From: an uncultured virus (IMG/VR IMGVR_UViG_3300020213_000017)
Lineage: Duplodnaviria; Heunggongvirae; Uroviricota; Caudoviricetes
IMG/VR virus record: IMGVR_UViG_3300020213_000017
DNA: 64,000 nucleotides
Strand: one strand, 5' to 3'
Positions 1 through 9,032 of the stretch are shown one piece after another. Within the stretch, counting starts at the first letter, position 1. Every line of letters starts with the position of its first letter. The notes below the pieces were generated by a model that had not been told where the DNA came from, did not search any database, and worked only from the letters and a program-made list of their open reading frames with translations. The translations under genes were made by a program, and so were the position numbers.

Positions 1-55
1 TGACCTGACTAGGGTTGACCTGACTAGTACTATTTTAGCCGATAAGAAAATTTAA
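1..55 (+). CDS. 3' end of a pentapeptide-repeat protein gene (partial; paralog of 59..586)
   Basis: Frame from nt 2 reads DLTRVDLTSTILADKKI*, ending TILADKKI* like the next gene. Confidence 0.75.
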   Translation, partial: DLTRVDLTSTILADKKI

Positions 56-58
56 GAG

Positions 59-586
59 ATGAATATGGATAAGCAAATTTTAGATAATATCCTTAAACTA
101 CATGTTATGTTTTTAAAAGGTGAAGAAGGTGGGGAAAAGGCTGACCTGATTGGGGCTGACCTGTCTGGGGCTGACCTGTCTGGGGCAAGCCTGTCTGGGG
201 CAAACCTGACTAGGGCTGACCTGATTGGGGCTGACCTGTTCAGGGCAAACCTGATTGTGGCAAACCTACGCGGAGCAAACCTGTCTGGAGCAAACCTGTC
301 TGGAGCAAACCTGTCTGGGGCAAACCTGTTTGGGGCAATCCTGTATTGGGTAAACCTGTCTGGGGTTGACCTGTCTAAGGCAAACCTGACTAGGGCAAAC
401 CTGTATTGGGTAAACCTGTTTCAGGCTGACCTGTCTCAGGCTGACCTGTTCGAGGCAAACCTGACTTGGGTTGACCTGACCAAGGCAAACCTGTTTGGGG
501 CAAACCTGATTAGGGCAAACCTGACTGGGGCTGACCTGACTGGGGCAATCCTGACTGATACTATTTTGGCCGATAAAAAAATTTAA
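59..586 (+). CDS. Pentapeptide repeat protein
   Basis: 28 A(D/N)Lxx repeats (15-nt units, 140-559) after an N-terminal LKLH..FL.GEEGGEKA leader. Confidence 0.92.
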   Translation: MNMDKQILDNILKLHVMFLKGEEGGEKADLIGADLSGADLSGASLSGANLTRADLIGADLFRANLIVANLRGANLSGANLSGANLSGANLFGAILYWVNLSGVDLSKANLTRANLYWVNLFQADLSQADLFEANLTWVDLTKANLFGANLIRANLTGADLTGAILTDTILADKKI

Positions 587-595
587 GGAGCGAAT

Positions 596-1135
596 ATGGA
601 CTATAGAATTAGGATACAAATGAAATCTGGACAGGGTGAAGCTGTGGCAAACGTCTATCGCAAGCATATTGGTAGATCTGGTAATATATGGCTGGAGAAG
701 GTCGGTAAATTTGCTGCTGACAACATATACGTATCTGGTGATCCTAACAGCAAAGGTTTTGGCGGTTCCCTGTTGAGCTTTCAGCTTGATGATGGCTCAA
801 CGATTGATCTTAAAGGCCCCTGGCATTCCAATGCTAACGATATGTTCAAAGATACAGAAGTAGATTTGCGCAACACCTACTCTAGCCGTGTGATTATTTC
901 TAAGTCAATGATCTATGAGGATGTCTATATGTCTGGGAAAGTGTTCAAGGATGTTCTTTATCTTGAGGAAGAGTTTACCGAAGGATCTTTTGATCGTGCC
1001 GAAACGCGTGCTAAAGCTCAAAAGATGGCCAATGAATTGGGTCAAACACTTTATTACTTTAAAGAGAGTGGCGGTGGATCAGTCGGCGAGTATATTAAGC
1101 CTGAAACCAAAAGTGAATTGCCGGAGGCGGCATGA
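596..1135 (+). CDS. Hypothetical phage protein
   Basis: 179-aa ORF with AGGAG RBS; ATGA overlap with the next gene. Confidence 0.75.
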   Translation: MDYRIRIQMKSGQGEAVANVYRKHIGRSGNIWLEKVGKFAADNIYVSGDPNSKGFGGSLLSFQLDDGSTIDLKGPWHSNANDMFKDTEVDLRNTYSSRVIISKSMIYEDVYMSGKVFKDVLYLEEEFTEGSFDRAETRAKAQKMANELGQTLYYFKESGGGSVGEYIKPETKSELPEAA

Positions 1136-1482
1136 AAAATCACGGAGAATTCCTTAAGAGTTTAAACAAAGGCAACAAAGTTGCCATCTCCAACAGAGGT
1201 GATTGGACGATTGGTATTGTAGAAAAGATCACCCCCACTGGCAAAATTGTAGTAGCCAATATCAACGGATACGAAACCACTTTTGACAAGCATGGTTATG
1301 GGTCTCTTGGTCGAATTGAACCTCTCACAAAAGAGATGATAGAAGAAAGAATGCGCTTAAAGCTTGTCAATGAAATTAAAAATTTTGATTTCAAAAGACT
1401 TCTTCTTGATCAGGCATTGGCCGTAAACGAATTGCTTAACCATTTTGAACAGTTCAATACGAATCTATCAACAGATCCCTAA
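1132..1482 (+). CDS. Hypothetical protein (small SH3/KOW-like beta domain)
   Basis: GNKVAI..IGIVEKITPTGKIVV pattern; coupled to the upstream gene. Confidence 0.6.
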   Translation: MKNHGEFLKSLNKGNKVAISNRGDWTIGIVEKITPTGKIVVANINGYETTFDKHGYGSLGRIEPLTKEMIEERMRLKLVNEIKNFDFKRLLLDQALAVNELLNHFEQFNTNLSTDP

Positions 1483-1507
1483 AGTAGGAGCTTGGAAGGA
1501 AAACTAG

Positions 1508-1717
1508 ATGAGCAAAAAGAAAAAGAGACTTGGCGATACCTTGTTAAGCCTGGAAACGGTGCTGGATGAACTCGTGGACGATCATGACTGTCAATGGGGT
1601 GACATCTTTAACCTTGTCAGGGGCCACCTAGAGATTCACAGACCTGATGCTCAAGAAGAATATCTTGACGGATCGCATCCAGTATTTTATTATGGAGCCA
1701 AAAAGAAATTGGGATAA
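1508..1717 (+). CDS. Hypothetical protein
   Basis: 69-aa ORF with AAGGA RBS. Confidence 0.65.
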   Translation: MSKKKKRLGDTLLSLETVLDELVDDHDCQWGDIFNLVRGHLEIHRPDAQEEYLDGSHPVFYYGAKKKLG

Positions 1718-1747
1718 AGCGCTACGCAATCAGTAATCCAAGGGCTG

Positions 1748-2233
1748 TTAGCGTTCATTTTCGTCATCGCCAAGGTGCGAAAGGTCAATACTGCCAGACT
1801 TGGGTTGATCAACTTCCTGCTGAACAACTTTTTCAGCCTTCTTTTTAACCTTGCTGATCTTATGGCCCTTGCGAAAGATTGAGCTAAGAGGCAAACCTTT
1901 GGATTTGCGATCTTCTTCTTCGGCCTCGGCTTGAGCAATAAAATTTTTCAAATCCTTCTCAGTATCAGCATCGTATTCAGGATCTTCTAGATGTTTGAGC
2001 AGGTCAATAAAATTCTCAAGATGGTCGTCGAAATTAGCTTCATCCATTTGATCAGCATAGTTCTGACGCACGACAAACTCTGGGTCCATCTTCAGAACGA
2101 CATGTAGTGGAGTAAAAAACTTCTTAGAATATTGGCGACAAATGCTCTCCCAGACCGATGTTTGGGTGGGCTGAAATTTATCCGACAAGGCTTCTGCCTG
2201 CAATGTTCCTAAGAACTCATTAAAATCTATCAT
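1748..2233 (-). CDS. Hypothetical protein, possibly tail-assembly associated
   Basis: 161-aa ORF coupled to 2230..2475; acidic C-terminus. Confidence 0.55.
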   Translation of the reverse strand: MIDFNEFLGTLQAEALSDKFQPTQTSVWESICRQYSKKFFTPLHVVLKMDPEFVVRQNYADQMDEANFDDHLENFIDLLKHLEDPEYDADTEKDLKNFIAQAEAEEEDRKSKGLPLSSIFRKGHKISKVKKKAEKVVQQEVDQPKSGSIDLSHLGDDENER

Positions 2234-2475
2234 ACGATTTTACGAAATTCAGTTTCAAGAATTGGGGCTACTTCAGAATGGGCGTCAATTTCTGGAAAGG
2301 AATCGTCCTCGATAAACAAAACAATGTTTCCTGTATGTGGATCTTGCATACAGGTACGCAAACGAGCGGTTTTTGGTACACCTACGTGAACACGCCAAGC
2401 CGTATCTCTACACATGATGTGCAGAAACTTTTCAGGATTTATCAACAGTCTCTTCATCCTGATCTTCATCTTCAT
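2230..2475 (-). CDS. Hypothetical protein
   Basis: 81-aa ORF overlapping both neighbours. Confidence 0.6.
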   Translation of the reverse strand: MKMKIRMKRLLINPEKFLHIMCRDTAWRVHVGVPKTARLRTCMQDPHTGNIVLFIEDDSFPEIDAHSEVAPILETEFRKIV

Positions 2476-2953
2476 CCTCTTCGGCTTTTTTCTCTACTTC
2501 TTCTTCTTCTAAAAGTTTGTCAGCAGCTTTACGTGATTTTTTGATAGCCTCTTCTTTGCGATTTGCCAGACTGTCGCGGTACATTACTTCTGAAGCAATT
2601 GCGGCATCTAAAGCTGCCATGATAATATTGTCATCTTCTAAATCGCCAGCTTCTCCTGACTTTGGTACAGTCGCAGTCCAGAACGGGGGTGCTTCAATTA
2701 CGCGAACTTCGAGCTGTGTTAAAGCATAGGCCAAGGCGGATTCATGTTCGCCCGCCAATGTTGGATTAGCACCAAGCATGGCTCGATATTTAGCATTGGC
2801 CGATATTCTTTGAGTAGGAGCCAAAACACAACGGAACCTGAATTGTCCGGCATAAGTACCGTGAATCAAGCCTTCCATGCGAAAAGTCCAGACAGAAATA
2901 TTGCCTTCAATCTTGATATCTGCTCGTTCTGCTTTTTTTACTTTTTTTGCCAT
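2432..2953 (-). CDS. Putative tail assembly chaperone
   Basis: Y.GQF.F...L....I and L.V....P.FW...D.N pattern recalled from large-myovirus tail chaperones; acidic tail. Confidence 0.4.
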   Translation of the reverse strand: MAKKVKKAERADIKIEGNISVWTFRMEGLIHGTYAGQFRFRCVLAPTQRISANAKYRAMLGANPTLAGEHESALAYALTQLEVRVIEAPPFWTATVPKSGEAGDLEDDNIIMAALDAAIASEVMYRDSLANRKEEAIKKSRKAADKLLEEEEVEKKAEEDEDEDQDEETVDKS

Positions 2954-3181
2954 ATTTACCTTTTTGTCTACCCAGTATACTTATCAGGTCTTTGATGATT
3001 TTATATATAAAAGTTTTGCACCAAAAGTAAGATCAATTCATACTGTTTTAATCAACATTGTTTTTTGAACGAAGTATGGCTTTTGGTTATTTAATTAGCT
3101 ATAATTTAGCTATGCAGCGAAGCTGTATGGAACTTACCTAAACTTAGTACTACTGCGTAGTGAATATCATACAAAACAAGA

Positions 3182-3213
3182 AAAATACAAAGAAAATACA
3201 AAGAAAATACAAA
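3182..3213. repeat. Three tandem 11-bp AT-rich direct repeats (AAAATACAAAG) in a divergent intergenic region
   Basis: Units at 3182, 3193 and 3204 (the last is 10 bp). Confidence 0.85.
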
Positions 3214-3273
3214 TTTTTTTAATTTATTATGTAAGTTATTGAAATCATTACGCTTCTTTTTGGCTCATAGTGC

Positions 3274-3302
3274 TTGACTAGTAATAAAAAATAGGAGATA
3301 CT
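3274..3302 (+). promoter_or_regulatory. Sigma70-like promoter (TTGACT-17nt-GATACT)
   Basis: Canonical spacing upstream of 3320; GGAGA RBS follows. Confidence 0.5.
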
Positions 3303-3319
3303 TATTTTATGGAGAATTT

Positions 3320-3571
3320 ATGTACGAATTGATCAATAGCGATAATGGTGAATGGACCTTGGTGGTAGGCGTTAAAGCGGTATTCCATGGTAGCTTCAAA
3401 AATGTGATAAAGATTTGTTTACAGGAATTCAAATTCGACGCTACTCAGCTTGATCAGGCAGTTGCTGAGATGTGCAAGCCTGAGAATACTGATCACGACA
3501 CCTTACATTTTGGGGTGTTTAGGAAGTTTTTATTTTCATATAACAGCAGAAAAAAACAGAGGGTAAGCTAA
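3320..3571 (+). CDS. Hypothetical protein
   Basis: 83-aa ORF with GGAG RBS. Confidence 0.7.
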   Translation: MYELINSDNGEWTLVVGVKAVFHGSFKNVIKICLQEFKFDATQLDQAVAEMCKPENTDHDTLHFGVFRKFLFSYNSRKKQRVS

Positions 3572-3864
3572 TGACCAATGAACAACAGACATTTTTGACT
3601 CTAGCCAAAGATTTGGAAGCAAAGCAGAAAGAAACTAACACTGTGCGTGAACATCTTGAGGCTGCAATGCAAGCCTTAGGTGTTGGAGCAATGTTCCAAG
3701 ATCCTGAAACTAGTGTTGTGTATAAGATCGAGGTGCCAAAGGGCGGCTTTGTGTATTTCAAGCATATCGACTATAAACGTACAGCCCTTGAAGGCGAACG
3801 CGGCGGCACAGTTCTTGCTAAAAAAGAAGCTGAAGAAGCTGGTTTTGTGCTGAGAAAAGGATGA
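3571..3864 (+). CDS. Hypothetical protein
   Basis: 97-aa ORF, TAATG coupling. Confidence 0.75.
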   Translation: MTNEQQTFLTLAKDLEAKQKETNTVREHLEAAMQALGVGAMFQDPETSVVYKIEVPKGGFVYFKHIDYKRTALEGERGGTVLAKKEAEEAGFVLRKG

Positions 3865-3945
3865 GTGTCTTAGACGAAATGCTTCTTAGGTGGCCGTCTA
3901 GCTCTGTGGATCTCTATAATCGCCACAGACGGGCTGGACACTGAT

Positions 3946-4188
3946 ATGGCGCATAAGCTAGGTAAAGACATCTGCGACCGCTGTAAACGCTGTATAGGCC
4001 CTTTGTTCACGGTCGTAGAAGGCCATGGGGGGCATTTCATAAGCAAGATGAAAGGCACTAAAATGCAATTCTGCGATAAGCAGTGTAAACTGATCTTTTT
4101 GAAGGGTAAAAAGTACTGGAATAAGAAAACAGCCCTAGAAAACAAAAACTTCCAAAAGCTAATGCACGATTCTTGTAAGTGTCTTTAA
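3946..4188 (+). CDS. Small Cys-rich (Zn-binding) protein
   Basis: CDRC...FCDKQC. Confidence 0.5.
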   Translation: MAHKLGKDICDRCKRCIGPLFTVVEGHGGHFISKMKGTKMQFCDKQCKLIFLKGKKYWNKKTALENKNFQKLMHDSCKCL

Positions 4189-4556
4189 CGATTGTCTATT
4201 AATTTGCTGAGCAGTACGACCATTTGACCATGTTGAGTACGAAGCTCATCTCGCAATTGTTCAATTTTTTCACCTAAATTAGAGATTTGACCACTATGAT
4301 TTTCGCGCAAGTGCTCGATATCCTTAACAAATGACTCTCTAAGATTCTCAAGTTTTTGCTCTTGAGAATAGATTTTGGCCTCAAACTGTGTACGAATAAG
4401 CTCATCCTCTTCCTTGGCTTGCTGCAGAATCTTGGCCTCTTGCTCTTCTTTATCCTTTTTTACAGTCCTGTTGACCTTCATGATCGTTAAAAGGGCTGTA
4501 CCAAGGGTAATGACCAGGCCAGCCAGAGTCACCAAACTGTTTGTTTCGTTAATCAC
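4185..4556 (-). CDS. Single-TM coiled-coil membrane protein (possible lysis accessory)
   Basis: N-terminal hydrophobic helix then heptad coiled coil; GGAGA RBS; AATCTT motif upstream. Confidence 0.6.
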   Translation of the reverse strand: MINETNSLVTLAGLVITLGTALLTIMKVNRTVKKDKEEQEAKILQQAKEEDELIRTQFEAKIYSQEQKLENLRESFVKDIEHLRENHSGQISNLGEKIEQLRDELRTQHGQMVVLLSKLIDNR

Positions 4557-4622
4557 AAGAATATCTCCATTTGTATTATAAGATTACAGCATTATGTGAT
4601 ATAAGCCAATAGAGGGATCATT

Positions 4623-4913
4623 GTGAAACAGAAAGTAGCTGAAATCTTTAATCTAATTTTCGGATTCCGTAAGTTCTTGCTAATGCTGGCTCTTTTTGCC
4701 GTGGGAATTGTTTTTCGAGTAAAAGGCTATTTGGATGGAAATCAGTTCGTAGACCTGCTTAAAGGCACTACCATCTCGTTTTTCGCTGCAAACGGCGTAG
4801 AACACATAGTTAGGACAGTAAGTGCTGTAATGGGCAAAGAAACCCCAACAGAACCAACAGCCCTTGCTGATACAGATGAATCTAACGATGAGAAAGAATT
4901 GGACTTAAAGTAA
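4623..4913 (+). CDS. Putative holin
   Basis: GFRKFLLML.. two hydrophobic segments and a charged C-terminal tail. Confidence 0.5.
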   Translation: MKQKVAEIFNLIFGFRKFLLMLALFAVGIVFRVKGYLDGNQFVDLLKGTTISFFAANGVEHIVRTVSAVMGKETPTEPTALADTDESNDEKELDLK

Positions 4914-4954
4914 ATAACCCCTCCCTAAAGGGGGTTTCCTTGCGTGAAAATTAG
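4910..4954 (-). mobile_element. IS200/IS605-like miniature scar (fused left and right ends)
   Basis: Minus strand TTCAT|CTAATTTTCACGCAAGGAAACCCCCTTTAGGGAGGGGTTATTTAC; 23 bp identical to 44007-44029. Confidence 0.5.
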
Positions 4955-4976
4955 ATGAAGAAAGTTTGGGGATAAA

Positions 4977-5258
4977 ATGGATGAAAAACTAAAATCTTTG
5001 TGGCGAAACAATCGACTAGCATTTTGGCTATTGGTCGTTCCATTGGGATTGGCTATAGTTGCTTACAAGTTTAGGTCAGTATTGATCGATTTGCTTGTAA
5101 ATGATAGTCGCAAGATCGCAATCGAAACTGAACAGAAAGACAAGGAATTGGCACAGGAGCAAGCCGCTGCCAGTGCTGCTGCAGAAGAGCTCCGCAAACA
5201 AGCCGCAGCTTTAAGTAAAAATAAGCCTACGGTTGGCGAAGATTGGAATAAATCGTGA
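4977..5258 (+). CDS. Membrane-anchored coiled-coil protein (i-spanin-like)
   Basis: N-terminal TM helix followed by an Ala/Glu/Lys coiled coil. Confidence 0.45.
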   Translation: MDEKLKSLWRNNRLAFWLLVVPLGLAIVAYKFRSVLIDLLVNDSRKIAIETEQKDKELAQEQAAASAAAEELRKQAAALSKNKPTVGEDWNKS

Positions 5259-5641
5259 AAAAACTATTAACTATGATTTTGGCAATGTGTATGATTTCCA
5301 CCACCGCTTTTGCTGAATGTAATTTCAAGACCGATATTGAAACATTGCCGGATGGACGCAGAGCCTATTCAAAAGAATGTCACATAAAGGTAGGCGAGAT
5401 GAAGCAGGATCTTGAGATCGCTACCCAACAGGTAGCGCTACTAAACAGATCTATTGAGCTCAAAGACCTAGCCCTGTCTAAATCAAATGAACGTTTAGAG
5501 CTCTGGATGAACACTACTTACAGGTTGGAGGACCGTTTGAATAAAATCGATTCTCTTCAGGCTAAAAATAGTTGGGTTATGTTTGGCCTAGGCGTTGTAG
5601 TTACAGGTGCCGCCGTATGGGGTGCTGGTCAGCTACGATAG
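5255..5641 (+). CDS. Exported coiled-coil protein with C-terminal TM (spanin-like)
   Basis: Signal peptide MKKLLTMILAMCMISTTAFA, coiled coil, C-terminal hydrophobic helix. Confidence 0.45.
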   Translation: MKKLLTMILAMCMISTTAFAECNFKTDIETLPDGRRAYSKECHIKVGEMKQDLEIATQQVALLNRSIELKDLALSKSNERLELWMNTTYRLEDRLNKIDSLQAKNSWVMFGLGVVVTGAAVWGAGQLR

Positions 5642-6135
5642 CGAAACCTTGAAATAGAAGCAATTGCAGATTCTAGTTTTTTAGGCCCTGCAAGTTCTAA
5701 GTCTATTGCCACATCTGCTATACCGGTTTGCCTGAGAACTTCACCGACGAGCTCACTGCACACAAAAGTTCTATCCCTATCTCTGAAAGGACTCTTGATT
5801 CCAGTGACTCTCTCAAAGGCCATACCTATCAGGGCCAGTGTTCCGTATTTTGTACCAGCTAGATCTACGCATTTTTTTACAACCTCTCTCAGCTCTTCTT
5901 CCGCTAGGTCAACCTCGTAAGACGTGACGGTTTCCGCATCTCTATCAAATCTTTCTCCAGAAACAAAATGCACCATTCCATGACTAGCTTGGTACACCAT
6001 GTCACGTTCTAGACTGTTGGAATACCATCGCAAGAAAACGTGTGAATAGGAAGATCGCTCTGCGGCCCTTATAAGGTAACTACCAATAGCGTATCTTGAT
6101 TTTGGTTTGCTAAAACCCACAATGAGTTTTTGCAT
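5629..6135 (-). CDS. Permuted papain-like amidase (YaeF/YiiX, NlpC/P60 superfamily)
   Basis: SYSHV (His) near the N-terminus, G.KYG, FVCSELV (Cys) near the C-terminus. Confidence 0.8.
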   Translation of the reverse strand: MQKLIVGFSKPKSRYAIGSYLIRAAERSSYSHVFLRWYSNSLERDMVYQASHGMVHFVSGERFDRDAETVTSYEVDLAEEELREVVKKCVDLAGTKYGTLALIGMAFERVTGIKSPFRDRDRTFVCSELVGEVLRQTGIADVAIDLELAGPKKLESAIASISRFRYRS

Positions 6136-6137
6136 GG

Positions 6138-6935
6138 CTACGCCTTGAAAAGTTCAAAAATCATCAAAAGCTTATGATTGCATCCCACTGGGTGCCTAAA
6201 AATAAGTCTAATCTTGCTCGTATGATTTTGAGCACTATATGTTAAATATTTTGCAGTTTTACCGTCAACTTTTACTCCGGTACCATCTAGATATTTTAAA
6301 TTAACGTTTGTAACAAAAGATTTTGATCCCCCATATGCTTCTGGAACATCTGGAACGCCTATTACCCACAATCTTATGTCCTCGGTAGTTGCTGTTGCTT
6401 GTTTTAGCATACCGCCAAGTATTTCGATATCATAATTTGTTTCCCAATCCATAAGGGTTTTAATACAATTTGCATCAAGATATTGTTGGTTTAAATTGTT
6501 ACCAGTGATTTCTGTTTCCACACCACTTATCAATTCATGGAACTTCATAACAGTAAAACCATAATCAGAATTATCAGCTTTTTTAGAGTGCAATGAGTCT
6601 AATTTGCTGGTTTCAAATTCAACACCTTGAATCTGGTAATGCCATCCTGTTGTGGTTATTTTTGCCCTAGAAAGAACTGCTCCATCCGAGTCTCTTTGAG
6701 AAGAATCTATGTTTTTAAGATAATTTATAGCAGTAGAAATATCCGTTATGTTTCCACTGCTATCATCTGTTTTTGATATTACTGCGATGCCATTAGCGAT
6801 ATCTGTCAATAAAGCTGAGTTGTTAGATAGTGCTAATTCTTTAGCAGCAGGTATCTCATAATAAGATCCGGTAAAAATATCTTGTCCTAGATAGGTTATT
6901 GTATTTTGTGTAGCATTCTTTATATACTTGATCAT
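6138..6935 (-). CDS. Putative virion structural protein
   Basis: 265 aa in a co-oriented late cluster. Confidence 0.6.
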   Translation of the reverse strand: MIKYIKNATQNTITYLGQDIFTGSYYEIPAAKELALSNNSALLTDIANGIAVISKTDDSSGNITDISTAINYLKNIDSSQRDSDGAVLSRAKITTTGWHYQIQGVEFETSKLDSLHSKKADNSDYGFTVMKFHELISGVETEITGNNLNQQYLDANCIKTLMDWETNYDIEILGGMLKQATATTEDIRLWVIGVPDVPEAYGGSKSFVTNVNLKYLDGTGVKVDGKTAKYLTYSAQNHTSKIRLIFRHPVGCNHKLLMIFELFKA

Positions 6936-6944
6936 AATGGTTCC

Positions 6945-7532
6945 CTAAGTAAAGATTTCTGTAAGAGCAGGAAAACCACCACTAGAAAAATTACCACTAT
7001 GGTTTCCTGTTATAGATTGAGAAGTCGCATCTGTAACAATAAAATGCATTACAATAACCACGTCCGAAGGGTTACCGCCAGTGTCTTCCATATAAACTCC
7101 AACCTTATCTCCAGCCTCCAACGTGAATCCTAATTGGTCATCTGTTTTCGATGCCGTCCTGACATTATCCAAGGTCCATTTGTAAGCCCTATTTATTGTA
7201 TTATTCGTGGTGGCCTTATTAGATATAGCTATTCTTATTATCGTATTCACATTGACATTGTTGTTGACAAATGTTATTCCTACTAATCTTGATTTATAGG
7301 CTACCATTGCAGGACTTGCACTAGACGGTACGTTCGCGTCTTCTTGACTCAACCAGGTATTTGTTGCGGTTCCGTTTGCAACGAAAGTTAGCTGATAACC
7401 CTTCCCATTAAAAGAAGTTCTAACTTCTTCAATAGCGGTTTGTACGTCTGTAGCTGCAAAGCCATTAGTAGAATTGTCGAACGGAATAGAGCTGGCAACG
7501 TCCGTTATGCCTATCTGTGAACTTTTAGGCAT
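6945..7532 (-). CDS. Putative tail fibre/appendage protein
   Basis: IPFDNSTNGFAATDVQTAIEEV motif typical of phage fibre trimerisation segments. Confidence 0.55.
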   Translation of the reverse strand: MPKSSQIGITDVASSIPFDNSTNGFAATDVQTAIEEVRTSFNGKGYQLTFVANGTATNTWLSQEDANVPSSASPAMVAYKSRLVGITFVNNNVNVNTIIRIAISNKATTNNTINRAYKWTLDNVRTASKTDDQLGFTLEAGDKVGVYMEDTGGNPSDVVIVMHFIVTDATSQSITGNHSGNFSSGGFPALTEIFT

Positions 7533-7945
7533 TACGGAGACTCCGCAACATTAATTTGTTTTCCAGAACTTCCGCACACCACCCATATCTTGAAGGTGTT
7601 CGCTGTTGTTGGGTCGATGGAGAAAATTATACTTCTGCCCTTTTGAAGAGGCTGTCCGTTGCTAGTTGTTACTCCGTTAGTATATCCCCAAAACATATTT
7701 GCATCTATGGCCGTAATGACTAAACTTTTTCTATTTGCAAGAGGAGACCCCCCAACCTTGGCTTCATAGGCGGTATTAGCCGTTGTAAGTATTAAAGAGC
7801 CCTGTATCCCGCCTCCAGATAAGCCGTCTGTAGTTTTTAAATTTCCATTTTCAGCAGCGCCAACATAATTAGTTTCCGCACCAGCGCTATCCGCGCCAGT
7901 GATTTTGATTGATTGCGATGCTTCTTTCCCTGTCAGATCTGGCAT
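7532..7945 (-). CDS. Putative virion structural protein
   Basis: Beta-rich, G/S/T-rich, in late operon. Confidence 0.55.
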   Translation of the reverse strand: MPDLTGKEASQSIKITGADSAGAETNYVGAAENGNLKTTDGLSGGGIQGSLILTTANTAYEAKVGGSPLANRKSLVITAIDANMFWGYTNGVTTSNGQPLQKGRSIIFSIDPTTANTFKIWVVCGSSGKQINVAESP

Positions 7946-8004
7946 AAAATTAAGGGGAATGGAGATGTTATTCCCGATCCCCCTACCTTAATTTAAGTTA
8001 ATTA

Positions 8005-8772
8005 TTAAATCTCATGTCCAGAAATTGTGCTGTACAAATCCTGTGGCTGGTTGTCTAGGTTGGTTTTTGTAATCCTAACCCTTACTCCGGCAGCAACTGC
8101 TATATTTTCCTTAATATCTATGTTTACATTTGTATTGGCAGTAGAGTTGAAACCAACAAATTTAGTCAGAAAGGTTCCGCTAGCTACAGCAGTTTCAACC
8201 TTTACCTCAATTTTCATTTTTCCAGAAGCGCTAGCCCAAATTTGGCTTAGCTTAAGGGTTTTAGCCACAGTAACAGTATAGTCGTGATCTGAAGTGGCAT
8301 CTTTTGCTACTGTTGCTGTAACATAATCATTTACCTCGTCACCTTCAGAATCTACACTGGTTACGGGCAATGGATTAGATGCGCTAAAAGCATCCCCATT
8401 TTCATCATGCATGGAAACGTCAAGCAATCGCTTGGTGCTATTTGTTACAGCAGTAACTCGCTGTGTTTGGGTGGTATCGCTGGGAGAAGCGTCCCTGACA
8501 CTTGCAATAAGACCAGAGTTTCCAGGCTTAGTATTATCAGACGCATCATATACGCCATCAGGAGTTAAAGCCCCTAATTCGGAAGTTCTAACTACCCTAT
8601 CTACTCCCAAAGGATCATTACCATGCATTTCTGCGTGGGCGTTTTGATCACTATCTACGGTCATTTGGTTGACCGCAGGATTAGTACCGTCTACTATTTT
8701 TACGTGTAAGCGTTCATCAGCGCCATCCGATTCTGTACGTACTGGCAAACCACTTTTATAATCTGTTGGCAT
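8005..8772 (-). CDS. Putative virion structural protein
   Basis: 255 aa; SNPLPV motif; beta-rich C-terminal domain. Confidence 0.6.
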   Translation of the reverse strand: MPTDYKSGLPVRTESDGADERLHVKIVDGTNPAVNQMTVDSDQNAHAEMHGNDPLGVDRVVRTSELGALTPDGVYDASDNTKPGNSGLIASVRDASPSDTTQTQRVTAVTNSTKRLLDVSMHDENGDAFSASNPLPVTSVDSEGDEVNDYVTATVAKDATSDHDYTVTVAKTLKLSQIWASASGKMKIEVKVETAVASGTFLTKFVGFNSTANTNVNIDIKENIAVAAGVRVRITKTNLDNQPQDLYSTISGHEI

Positions 8773-8785
8773 CTCTTATCTCCCG

Positions 8786-8980
8786 TTATTGAGAACTTTT
8801 GTTAAGCTCTTCAAGTTCTTTTTCAAGTTGTAAAACTCTCTCGTCTTGAACCTTCATGGCATTTTTAAGACGTTCGATTTGGTCATGAGCTTCTTCTATT
8901 TTGAGTTCTTGCTCAGCTTTAGCTGCTTGTACTCGTAAAATTTCTACTTGTCTTTTTTTGATTTCTAGATTTTTGTTCAT
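8786..8980 (-). CDS. Small coiled-coil protein
   Basis: 64-aa heptad-rich ORF, AGGA RBS, AATCTT motif upstream. Confidence 0.65.
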   Translation of the reverse strand: MNKNLEIKKRQVEILRVQAAKAEQELKIEEAHDQIERLKNAMKVQDERVLQLEKELEELNKSSQ

Positions 8981-9032
8981 GCCTGTTCCTTGCTCTAAAG
9001 ATTGTGATGTGTCTTGTTATAGTTGAAAAAGC

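Noticed and set aside
140..559. Regular 15-nt repeats as a CRISPR array or non-coding repeat
   Set aside because: There are no spacers; the units are in-frame pentapeptide codons
266..667. Minus-strand QVCP-repeat ORF
   Set aside because: Antisense shadow of the pentapeptide gene
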